Source: a virus
Taxonomy: Duplodnaviria; Caudoviricetes
Virus record (IMG/VR): IMGVR_UViG_2806310659_000001
Location: 13,142 to 77,141 of that record
Length of the DNA: 64,000 nt
Reading direction: 5' to 3' (one strand)
Under the pieces are notes generated by a model that was not told the origin of the DNA, made no database searches, and worked only from the letters and a program-made list of their open reading frames with translations. Shown piece by piece: positions 54,286 to 62,670 of the stretch. The position numbers and the translations under genes are program-made. How positions within the stretch are numbered: the first letter of the stretch is position 1; every line of letters starts with the position of its first letter.

Positions 54286-54827
54286 TTCCTTAAACCTTCG
54301 CTACGTCCTTGATCACATTACTGAGCCGAATCAATGGCGTGTTGCACGTCAGACAAGACGCGCTACGAATGCCGGCCCAGCCCCAGTTGACGGTCCGCTG
54401 CGCACTCTCGACCAGGGCGGTGAAACAGCTCACGCAGACGACCGCTTTCGTCGTACCGTTCTCCGCCTTGTCGCAGTTGTCGACTAGGTGTGTCTCGATA
54501 TACCAGCGGCCGGGATTGTCGCACGCGGCGGTGGCATCGTGGTATGGCGATTGGCAGGCTATGCAATTGCAGCCGGCATCCCAATCCTCTGGCTCATCCG
54601 TTGACATATTCGAGAGCTGCCTCATGGAGCTGACGCAGTTCGGCAACAGTGCTGCGAATACCGGCGGGTGAATGCTCTGCTCGATACTCCAACTGGCCCC
54701 GCAAAGCGTGGAGACGGGTCCTGATGATGAACTCCGCCTCTCCATCTGCGATGGAAGGCAGCAGCTTAGAAATATCGCCGTCCAGGCGATACCCCGCCTT
54801 AATGAGTTCCACGGTCTGCTTATCCAC

Positions 54828-55214
54828 TTAAAACCTCCCGGCATTTTGGTACGCCTGCTGCACGCTCTTGCCGACCGTCTGCCAGGCGGAGATCACGTTG
54901 TGGATGCTGCGCAGTCGCTGCTCGGCGTACTTGAACAACACGTCAGCGTCGTCCTTGGCTTCACGCTCCGCGGCGGTGCGCAGTTCGGCGTCGTACTTCT
55001 TGTCGTTGGTGGCTTCCTGGGAGGCGAGCTTGGCCCGGGCGAACGCCTGGTCGTATTCACGCTCGGTGTCGCGGTAGGCCTTGTAGCGCGTCTTCCAGTC
55101 GACTAGCGCCTCGCGGAGGGTGTCCGTCAGCTCCAGGAGCCGCTTCTCGACTTCGATCGGGGTAAGCCCCTCGGGGTCGACACTGGACACGCTCTCCCAT
55201 TCGGGTTCCGCCAT
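54828..55214 (-). CDS. coiled-coil protein (possible recombination mediator)
   Basis: Helical, 128 aa; near the exonuclease. Confidence 0.55.
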   Translation of the reverse strand: MAEPEWESVSSVDPEGLTPIEVEKRLLELTDTLREALVDWKTRYKAYRDTEREYDQAFARAKLASQEATNDKKYDAELRTAAEREAKDDADVLFKYAEQRLRSIHNVISAWQTVGKSVQQAYQNAGRF

Positions 55215-55427
55215 CTAGTCCTCTAGCAGATGGACGATGCCGATGATGACAGCGCACACGACAATGATGGCTGCGGAAAGGGCAAGGCCGCCCCAGAAGG
55301 GCAGGAGCACCCACAGCCAGGGCCAATTGACAACGTGGCCCAATTTCAGTCCGACGAACAGAACACCCAGGAGTGGCAGTACGCCGACCCCGCTGACCGT
55401 AGTGGAGGTGCTGTTGGCTTGACTCAT
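55215..55427 (-). CDS. small membrane protein
   Basis: LFVGLKLGHVVNWPWLWVLLPFW motif. Confidence 0.75.
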   Translation of the reverse strand: MSQANSTSTTVSGVGVLPLLGVLFVGLKLGHVVNWPWLWVLLPFWGGLALSAAIIVVCAVIIGIVHLLED

Positions 55428-56383
55428 GATGCCCTCAATTCAAATTCGATTGGCTTGCCTTCTTTGGAGGCGAAGTACTTTTGCATGGCGTCGATCCGGT
55501 TGTTCAGGATTGCGGCCTCGCGGCCTATGGCCAGGTTGATCCAGTAGAGGCCGACCTCTGGCTTGTCTTCCGACAGCGGGAAGTGGATGAGCACGCCCCA
55601 GTCGGTGTTGAGGTCGGGGTGGATCGGCAGGCGTTCATTTTTGTCCTGGTCGTAGCGGCACCCCAGTGCATAGGAGGCAAGCTGCGCATACACGCCGGCG
55701 GGATACTTCACGTCCCACTTGCCGGTCTTGCCGTCCCCCACCACCAGCCAAGGTTCGTCTAGTGGTTTACCGTCCGGGCCGATGGCGCCCTTCGGGATTT
55801 CCATGAAGTGGTCGAACGATCCGGCCTTCTTCAGCTCGTCGTTGATGATCAGGACTTCACTGTCGAGGAAGCGGATCGGCTCGGTCGCGGCGCAGTACGT
55901 CTCCAGCGGTCCCGCGAGATGGTCCTGCACAATGAGCGGCTTCTCGCCGCGGTTGCGCATCTCCCAGTACTTGTGGAACTCGGTGCCCATCTCGGAGGCG
56001 TTGTTGGCGCCGGCGATCTCGCAGGCGTCCTCGACCGCGGCCATCAGCCGGTCCTTGCCGGGTTCCGATCCGCCGTCGCGACCCTTGTAGTACGGGTCGC
56101 CGTCGTACTCGTTGATCAGGGTGACGATGCGGGAGCGGACCGACTTGGACATCACCGTGCCCATGGCAGCGAAGGCCGCCTTGAAGTCCGCTAGCCCGCT
56201 GCCGCCCTTCAGGTGTTCGCCGGCCTTACTAGCCCGGCCATATTGCTGAACATCCTTGCGGGGGGTGTAGAAGTAGTTCTTGCCGTTCTTGGCCCGCTTC
56301 CACTCACCGGTGATGGGCTCGGCGCCGGGAGGAGCGACAAGGATCTTGCCCTGGTAACTCCTGCGGACCTGATAGTCGGTCAG
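55424..56383 (-). CDS. PD-(D/E)XK / Cas4-like exonuclease
   Basis: GTEFH, AGSFD, VGDGKTG, QLASYA; frame open to CTG at 56383 with GGAGG RBS. Confidence 0.8.
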   Translation of the reverse strand: MTDYQVRRSYQGKILVAPPGAEPITGEWKRAKNGKNYFYTPRKDVQQYGRASKAGEHLKGGSGLADFKAAFAAMGTVMSKSVRSRIVTLINEYDGDPYYKGRDGGSEPGKDRLMAAVEDACEIAGANNASEMGTEFHKYWEMRNRGEKPLIVQDHLAGPLETYCAATEPIRFLDSEVLIINDELKKAGSFDHFMEIPKGAIGPDGKPLDEPWLVVGDGKTGKWDVKYPAGVYAQLASYALGCRYDQDKNERLPIHPDLNTDWGVLIHFPLSEDKPEVGLYWINLAIGREAAILNNRIDAMQKYFASKEGKPIEFELRAS

Positions 56384-56612
56384 TTTGTTGCCTCCGTTAG
56401 GAATGCGCCGTCATCGATGACCAACGTCAACGCGGCGTCGAGCACGTCACGCAGATCGCGCAGCCGATACGGGTCCAGGTCGATCTCTGGCATGCCGCCG
56501 ATCGTCAACAGCGTGTGATTGTCATCGAAGATGGCCGCACTGCTGCGGTCGCCGGCGACGTGGCGCTCCCGCTCGTCGTACTCCGGGTAGTACTGGTTGG
56601 TGACGCGAACGG

Positions 56613-56996
56613 TCATTCGCCGCGCAGCCGTGCGATGGTGGTGTCGAAGAGGCCGAGTACGTCGGCCTGAGTGGTCACGTCGGCGTCGTTGTAGTCGTAG
56701 ATCAGGCCGCGGGCCGCAGACGCCTCCACATCCCGGTCCTCCGTGACCCGGGTCCAGCCAAGGGTGGTGGCAAGGGCAATTGCGGCCCGCTCACCGCGAT
56801 TGGTGTGAATGAAGGCATATGGACCGCCACCGATCGCATCACCGATAGCGCCGCCCGAGCAGCGGGCGTTGATATACGAGCGGAATGTCTTCTTGGCCAG
56901 CCCGTGCCGGGCTATCAAGTCGCGCGCCGCGGTGAGGTCTTCGATCGTCTGCTTGGTGACCGGGTCCAGTTCGGTTTCCGGAAGGGTGACAGTCAT
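56613..56996 (-). CDS. DUF6197-like protein
   Basis: L.AARDLI..HG..C..GAI..YND..T.ADVL.LFD; AGGAG RBS. Confidence 0.65.
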   Translation of the reverse strand: MTVTLPETELDPVTKQTIEDLTAARDLIARHGLAKKTFRSYINARCSGGAIGDAIGGGPYAFIHTNRGERAAIALATTLGWTRVTEDRDVEASAARGLIYDYNDADVTTQADVLGLFDTTIARLRGE

Positions 56997-57285
56997 GTCA
57001 ACTCCTGACAAAGTTAAGCCCCGCCTGCGCGATGTCGCTGACTTTGTGGTTAAAGGGTCATCGCGCTTTTAGAGGGTGCTTCAAGTCCTCTTGGCGGGGA
57101 AGTTGGGGGCACACGACCGGGCCGCGCGGTCGAGCGTCGTCCTAAAGGTTCACCGGAGAAGTAGCGTTCTCCACGGCCGGCTAAGACAGGGGTACATACG
57201 GGCTATTACCTGTCTACCGAGTTCGCCCCACTACGGGCGTCCCGCTCCCCACACATGGTTCAACGCCAAATATGCAGGGCAGAGA

Positions 57286-57588
57286 TCAGTCCTTGCGGTA
57301 ACCGATGTCGAGGATCTCCGCGGCGATCTTTCGGTATACATCCATCGTGATCGGATTGTCTTCCGGGTGCGCGATCGGGAACATGCGGCTGAAGATTGTT
57401 CGCGCTATCTCTTCGATAGCCGCTTCCCGCTCGGCGGCTTCCCTCTCCTCCTCGGCGACCCGGGGGGCCTCATGGCGCAGGTCGTCTGCACTCCAGTGGA
57501 CATGGAGCGGGAAGGGGTACCCGTAGTGCGCGCTCGCCTCTTCAAGCGTTTTAGCGGCGTCCACCATCCGCTCGGCAAGATCACTCAT
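57286..57588 (-). CDS. hypothetical protein
   Basis: ATGA overlap; 100 aa. Confidence 0.55.
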   Translation of the reverse strand: MSDLAERMVDAAKTLEEASAHYGYPFPLHVHWSADDLRHEAPRVAEEEREAAEREAAIEEIARTIFSRMFPIAHPEDNPITMDVYRKIAAEILDIGYRKD

Positions 57589-58114
57589 GAGTCGAGCACC
57601 TCAGTGAAGGGGCCGTACACGTCGTATACGGTGGTTTCGTCTCGAACCCACTCGCACGGGCACGATTCATCGCTGTCCGCCACCAACACGCCCTCTGGCA
57701 CCTCGGTCAGCGACTTCCACACCCGAGGCACCGGCTCGGGCTCCGAGTCCTCGGTCGCGTAGACAAACAGCCAGGCATCTCTGGCGAACTCGGCAACTCC
57801 GATGCCGCTCTTGCTCAGCCAGAGGTTGCCTTCGTCGCCGAGTTCTCCGCCGAGGGTTTCCCACTCGTCAGCGTCGAACTCGTGCGACCCATGTTCGGGG
57901 GTCACAACTATGATCATTCGTCTTCCTTCGGTAGTCGGTAGATTCCTACGGCCATCCAGGCGATGGCGATGACAATTGCGATCGCGAACTCGACGATGAA
58001 CGGCAGCGTGAATGGCACGGCGCAACCGACAAAGATAACGAGCGCGAGGATGAGTGCTGACGCCATGGCGACGCCGGCGAAGAGGAACCGGTTCACAACG
58101 GTGCGCCCCTCTGG

Positions 58115-58393
58115 TCAATCGCCGCGGTAAGTTCGTCCGCCGTAGGCATGGCCTTCTCCTAGATCGTCACGCCACCCCTCTTTGGAGGACCAAACGACGG
58201 TGACCACTCGATGCTGAACCACCCCGCAGGTGATCCTGCCGGCGCGGTGATTGAACCCCTTGTGCTTGCGGGACTTGGTGACCGAGTCCGGATTGAGGAG
58301 GCACTGACGTATCTCCTCGCCGGCGACACCCATGTCCAGTGCGCGGTCGATCGCGTGCGGGGTAATGACGTACCCCTCCAGACACATGGTCAT
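58115..58393 (-). CDS. DUF4258-like protein
   Basis: ITPHAIDRALDMGVAGEEIRQCLLNP..VVTV. Confidence 0.6.
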   Translation of the reverse strand: MTMCLEGYVITPHAIDRALDMGVAGEEIRQCLLNPDSVTKSRKHKGFNHRAGRITCGVVQHRVVTVVWSSKEGWRDDLGEGHAYGGRTYRGD

Positions 58394-58620
58394 GTCAGGC
58401 TGGCCACGTCAATAGGTTGAGGCCAGGGCTCGAAGCCCACGGTCTTGAGTTCTTCGCAGATCTCCGCGCGGCTTTCGAGCAGGCTACGCATGTCGGCACT
58501 GAGGCGCCGAGTGGGCTCCTGGTCGATCATGTCGATAAGGGTTTCGTCGACCGCGGTCAACTGCTCGACCAGGTCGATGCGCTTCTCCAGCGTCTCTGCG
58601 GCTTTCATCATGTCGCTCAC
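58390..58620 (-). CDS. hypothetical protein
   Basis: Overlap-coupled, helical. Confidence 0.55.
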   Translation of the reverse strand: MSDMMKAAETLEKRIDLVEQLTAVDETLIDMIDQEPTRRLSADMRSLLESRAEICEELKTVGFEPWPQPIDVASLT

Positions 58621-58874
58621 GTCGCCAGCTCGTAGTAGCGCTTGGGCTTACTTGCACGGGCCTTACGGCGCCGGCCGTGGACAAGTCCAGTGGTGGCGCG
58701 GTGGTGACGGAATCGTGCCCGGGGATACTTGCCGGTGGAGGCCGACAATTCAGCCAGTGCCTCCTGGGCTTCTAGTGGGAGTTCTTCGGTGGGGCTTGGC
58801 GGGGAGGCATCCGCCAAGATGAACCATGCTGCGAGATATAGCCTCTGCTCATCATTGAGATCCGACAACCGCAT
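58617..58874 (-). CDS. hypothetical protein
   Basis: GGGAG RBS. Confidence 0.55.
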   Translation of the reverse strand: MRLSDLNDEQRLYLAAWFILADASPPSPTEELPLEAQEALAELSASTGKYPRARFRHHRATTGLVHGRRRKARASKPKRYYELAT

Positions 58875-58977
58875 TTACTACTCCCATCTAGTTCCGTGAG
58901 GAGAAGTCAGTCGCAAGGGGGAGCCGGAACCGAACACCATGCCCCTCCACGGCGCCGGCTCAACCCCGAGCGACTAG

Positions 58978-59023
58978 CGCGCACCCGCGGAATTGAACCG
59001 CGGCAAGGGCCATCCCGTGCGCA
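58978..59023 (-). ncRNA. 46-nt tRNA top-half-like element
   Basis: TGCGCAC/GTGCGCG stem; small GGG-ATGG-CCC hairpin; T arm CCGCGG-TTCAATT-CCGCGG. Confidence 0.5.
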
Positions 59024-59597
59024 ACCTAAAGATTGAGTAGTTCTTCCTCTTGTGCACAGCACAAGGTCAAGGCATTCCCTTGCGGGCGCCCATACCATCT
59101 ACTCGTCACATATTTTGCTGGGCTTCTCGCCTCCCAGCTCGGCTATCAATGTCGATCCACTCCCATGCGCCCGGACACTGCGGCAGCACGCAACTGCTTT
59201 GGATCAACTGCAAGTATTCAAGTTTTAGAGACAGGAGATCTCGACGATTCCTGCTAAGCCGAAAAGAACTTCCGGATAGAGCCTTCCATCCGGAGCTAAA
59301 TGCCAACTGGTGGTGGCGGTGATGCTGGGCGGTAGATCGCCCCTAGAGGGGAAACCGAAGAAGAGGTTTCCGTCCTTGACTTCGATGATGACTTTACCAT
59401 CCCGATGCGCTATTTCGTACGCACACGGAGAACCATTTGTGGGAAATTTTCTCTGATCATTGCCGGTGTCGAACACGACCATGTCGGGGCGTAACGAGAC
59501 GCTGACGAGCGGCACAATCACAGTCCTTTCCCGGCCGGATGACGCTGCTTGGCTTGACGGACCTGCCGCCGGTGAACGAGGCGGAGTACGCACTGGA

Positions 59598-60431
59598 TCA
59601 TGCCGCCGCCCTCCTGCCGGCCCGACGCCATGTCTCGTTGAGGAACTCAGCGATCGCCCGGTTGGCTTTCACCGTCTGTCCCGGGTGCAGCAGATCGAAG
59701 GCGTGCACACCGCCGTCGATCTCCAGATACCGGGTGGGGTTGTCCGACACCTCGGTCAGCCGGCGGAAGAACCGCCGCGCCTCATCGACATAGATCAAGA
59801 CATCGCGGGTACCGTGGACCATCATCATCGGTGCGGCGCCCGGATTGACCATCGCCATGGGTGAGGCCGAGGCGAACAGCCACGGGGCCTGGGTGTAGCG
59901 CTTGCCGACGACCACGCGCTCCAGGTACCCCATGAACAGAGTCCGCCACAGCGAGTCGCGGCTCTCCCAGTCGTAGGAGCCGTAGATGCTCACGCAGGCG
60001 TCGACCAGCGTTCCGTCAAGCCCGGCCAGGGTGGCGAGGTGCCCACCCGCCGAGGCGCCGGCGATGGCGACGAAGTTGGGGTCACCGCCGAAGCGGTGTG
60101 CGTTGGTGCGTGCCCATTCGATCGCGTCGCACACGTCCTCGATCTGGCTCGGCCACCGGTGCAGCGGTGCGGTGCGGTAGTCGATGGACAGGCATACCCA
60201 GCCCTGCTCGACCATCCGGGCCAGCAGCGCGTGCCCCTGGAAGGTCATCCGGGAGCCGCTGGCCCATGCTCCGCCAGGGGCGAAGATGAGGATGGGGGCA
60301 TTGGGGTATTGATTCTCGCCCTGCCAGATATCGAGTCGCTGGCCCGCGCTGCCGTAACGCACGGTGCGGGTGACGTGGCGCCGGCGGTGGCCGAAGAACG
60401 CCAGCGACGGGGGGAGCAGTTTAGTGATCAC
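59598..60431 (-). CDS. alpha/beta hydrolase (HSL-family esterase/lipase)
   Basis: PGGAW oxyanion motif, DYRTAP, GASAGG nucleophile, HGTRD, HAFD. Confidence 0.9.
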   Translation of the reverse strand: MITKLLPPSLAFFGHRRRHVTRTVRYGSAGQRLDIWQGENQYPNAPILIFAPGGAWASGSRMTFQGHALLARMVEQGWVCLSIDYRTAPLHRWPSQIEDVCDAIEWARTNAHRFGGDPNFVAIAGASAGGHLATLAGLDGTLVDACVSIYGSYDWESRDSLWRTLFMGYLERVVVGKRYTQAPWLFASASPMAMVNPGAAPMMMVHGTRDVLIYVDEARRFFRRLTEVSDNPTRYLEIDGGVHAFDLLHPGQTVKANRAIAEFLNETWRRAGRRAAA

Positions 60432-60646
60432 GGGATCACCCGGAACAGCTCGAAGAACATTGCCTGGCCGAACGCCTGGACGGAGCCGGCGAGGACACGC
60501 CGCCCGGGTTCCTGCCGGCCGCGCAGGACCCGGGATACCGTGGCGGGGTCGACTCCCCACTGCTTTGCGAGACAAGAATTTGATTTGAACAGACCCAGTT
60601 TCTTGGCCTTGTCGAACCCTGACGGGTTAGCCATGAATGTTGGCAC
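60428..60646 (-). CDS. Cro-like HTH protein
   Basis: LAKQWGVDPATVSRVLRGRQEPG; divergent from the repressor; first gene of the lytic operon. Confidence 0.8.
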   Translation of the reverse strand: MPTFMANPSGFDKAKKLGLFKSNSCLAKQWGVDPATVSRVLRGRQEPGRRVLAGSVQAFGQAMFFELFRVIP

Positions 60647-60697
60647 TTCGCGATCCCATACCTTTCGGATGTTTGAACCTGTCCCCCAGTGGGTATG

Positions 60698-60726
60698 AAG
60701 GTAATGCAATGCATTGCATTGGGCAA
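60698..60726 (-). promoter_or_regulatory. early lytic promoter with palindromic operator
   Basis: TTGCCC-17 nt-TACCTT; perfect 18-bp palindrome AATGCAATGCATTGCATT at 60703-60720. Confidence 0.7.
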
Positions 60727-60914
60727 GGCATTGCCTCGAAATCGGCGTGTCGCGATCTTCGGAGGATTGCGCCAACGCCGCTGGAACATGCCCAGATCAA
60801 ACCGTTAGTGGACCTACACGTCTACTCTGACCTGCATAGGCGACGATGAACATTCACAGTCGGTTAACAGACAAACCGTTGCGTCGGCGCAATGCAATGG
60901 GTTAGGCTCCAGCC

Positions 60915-61328
60915 ATGCAGGACGAGCAACCGAATCGCCGCTGGGCGGAATATGTGGCTCACGCAGTGCACGGGCTGACCAACAAGGCAGCCGCACTGCG
61001 GGCCGACGTGTCCCCCGGGACTATGGGGAATTGGCTCGATCCGAGCTGGGAGGGCCGGCCCAGTGCTGAAGCCGTGAGCAAGTTCGCGACGGCCTTTGGT
61101 CTCGACCACACTGAGGCCGCGGCTCGGGCTGGAGTTCTTCCCAGTACTGAGGGTGGCGACGTGGTCAGGGCGCCCTTGAGTCTCAAAGATGTCCCCACTG
61201 AGGCCCTGTTGGCTGAGCTTGGGCAACGCGCGGCCGGTGGTCCGCGGGAAAACCCTCCGGTGGCCACGATGGAGAGGAGGAGACGCCGACGCCGCCTGAG
61301 ATTTGATCCCGACGCGCCCGCGCTTTAG
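60915..61328 (+). CDS. immunity repressor (XRE HTH)
   Basis: AAALRADVSPGTMGNW..PSAEAV..FATAFG..EA..AG..TEALLAELGQR; divergent from cro, near int. Confidence 0.85.
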   Translation: MQDEQPNRRWAEYVAHAVHGLTNKAAALRADVSPGTMGNWLDPSWEGRPSAEAVSKFATAFGLDHTEAAARAGVLPSTEGGDVVRAPLSLKDVPTEALLAELGQRAAGGPRENPPVATMERRRRRRRLRFDPDAPAL

Positions 61329-61378
61329 TTAGTCCAGTTTCGTAAAACGCGCCAAAAGTTGCACGGGCGTGCCTTAAA

Positions 61379-62185
61379 GTGCTGACCAGCCGCGCTTTGG
61401 CCGGGAGTCGCGGTGGGCCTACTCCTACAACCCTTGGTCGGGTGAACGTGAACGCATTGCTTGGTCTAACGCTGGTCATGAGCGGTCGGTGCCTGTGGGT
61501 CAGGAAAGCAACCTGGCGCAGCAAGTGGGACGGTTCGGCAACCAATTCCATTGTCCTGCTTACGATCAACATCCTTATGATGACACCGCCGATAAGCCTG
61601 CGGATCAGTCCCGTGCTTTACAAACTGACCGGAGTGTGGAACGTCGAACAGCTCCTGGGGCACATCTGCTACATCGGGGCCATCATGGGCTTCATCGCCA
61701 TGGGCACGCTCCGACTGCGTATGACAGATCGGGGACGACAGCGGTTCCTACGGCGCAACATCCAGACCGTGGGTGCGTTCTTCGTGCCGATGGGGGTGGC
61801 GCTGTTCATCTGGGGCGGGGGCGAGGGCGAGAATCTTGGCGACCTCGTGTTCGATCGGCCGAGCCCAACCATGTACCCCTACTGGCTCCTGCTCATCGCC
61901 ACCTCGACCTACCTCACCGTGGTCCTGATTGCGATCCTGCACGAGCTGAATCGCAACCCGGTCAATCGGGTCACTGCCAAGATCTACCTGCTCGGCTCCT
62001 ATCTCGCGCTCCTCAACGGGTTCATGGCAGTACTGTTCCTGTTCTCGCCGGCCAACTGCACGTGCTGGTGGTGTGGCATCCGGGCCGAGTTGGTGATCTT
62101 CGCCCTGGCCGCCGCAGCGTCGTGGACGAAGCCGGCGAAGCTCAGGCACGACAGCGGCGATGCCCCGTTGGTGCCGGCGACGTAG
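61379..62185 (+). CDS. polytopic membrane protein (start may be GTG at 61448)
   Basis: About 7 hydrophobic segments; co-oriented downstream of the repressor. Confidence 0.75.
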   Translation: MLTSRALAGSRGGPTPTTLGRVNVNALLGLTLVMSGRCLWVRKATWRSKWDGSATNSIVLLTINILMMTPPISLRISPVLYKLTGVWNVEQLLGHICYIGAIMGFIAMGTLRLRMTDRGRQRFLRRNIQTVGAFFVPMGVALFIWGGGEGENLGDLVFDRPSPTMYPYWLLLIATSTYLTVVLIAILHELNRNPVNRVTAKIYLLGSYLALLNGFMAVLFLFSPANCTCWWCGIRAELVIFALAAAASWTKPAKLRHDSGDAPLVPAT

Positions 62186-62472
62186 AACCCCGGGGCGTCC
62201 CAGGGGGGGTCCTGGGTGTGATCTAGGTAACAATTTTGTCGTATGCATGGGCGTGTCTCTGCAAACGCCCTGTACGTTCTCGCGATAGAAGATGGGTGCG
62301 AAGCGCCCCTGCTTGTGACCGAGCGTTAGCGAGGCCCTAGCCCGCTCCGCGGCGAGACGCGCGGCACGCGGGGTGAGGCGTGGCGGAGTCCTGTCGGGTG
62401 GCGGATGTCGCGTGGCATTGGGCGAAGCCTGATGCCGTAGGACATTGCCGTTAGACGTTAACGGCGCGATTA

Positions 62473-62670
62473 GTGAACGAAGATGAATGGGTCGCAGAGG
62501 CCCTGTCAACCCTGCCCCCACTGTCCGAGTCGAAGAAGTCGCGCCTGCGGCTAATCTTCCGCGACGAGCCAGCGGTAGGCGAGGTGCTCCGGTTTGAACG
62601 TCATACCCTTCCTGCCCGGCAGGAGGGTGAGTTCGACGATCTCCCGGATCGCCAGCCGGCGGCGGTCTAA
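62473..62670 (+). CDS. putative recombination directionality factor (phiRv1 type)
   Basis: WVAEALSTLPPLSESKKSRLRLIFR resembles the APPLTDEQRTRLAELLR core of the phiRv1 RDF; adjacent to int. Confidence 0.6.
   Translation: MNEDEWVAEALSTLPPLSESKKSRLRLIFRDEPAVGEVLRFERHTLPARQEGEFDDLPDRQPAAV

Noticed and set aside
54189-54290. Frameshifted or pseudogenised HNH 5' end
   Set aside because: On recounting the homopolymers the frame is open to 54285; only a canonical start is missing
55424-56383. Cas4-like nuclease as evidence of CRISPR
   Set aside because: No repeat-spacer array or other cas genes seen; solo PD-(D/E)XK exonucleases are common in phages
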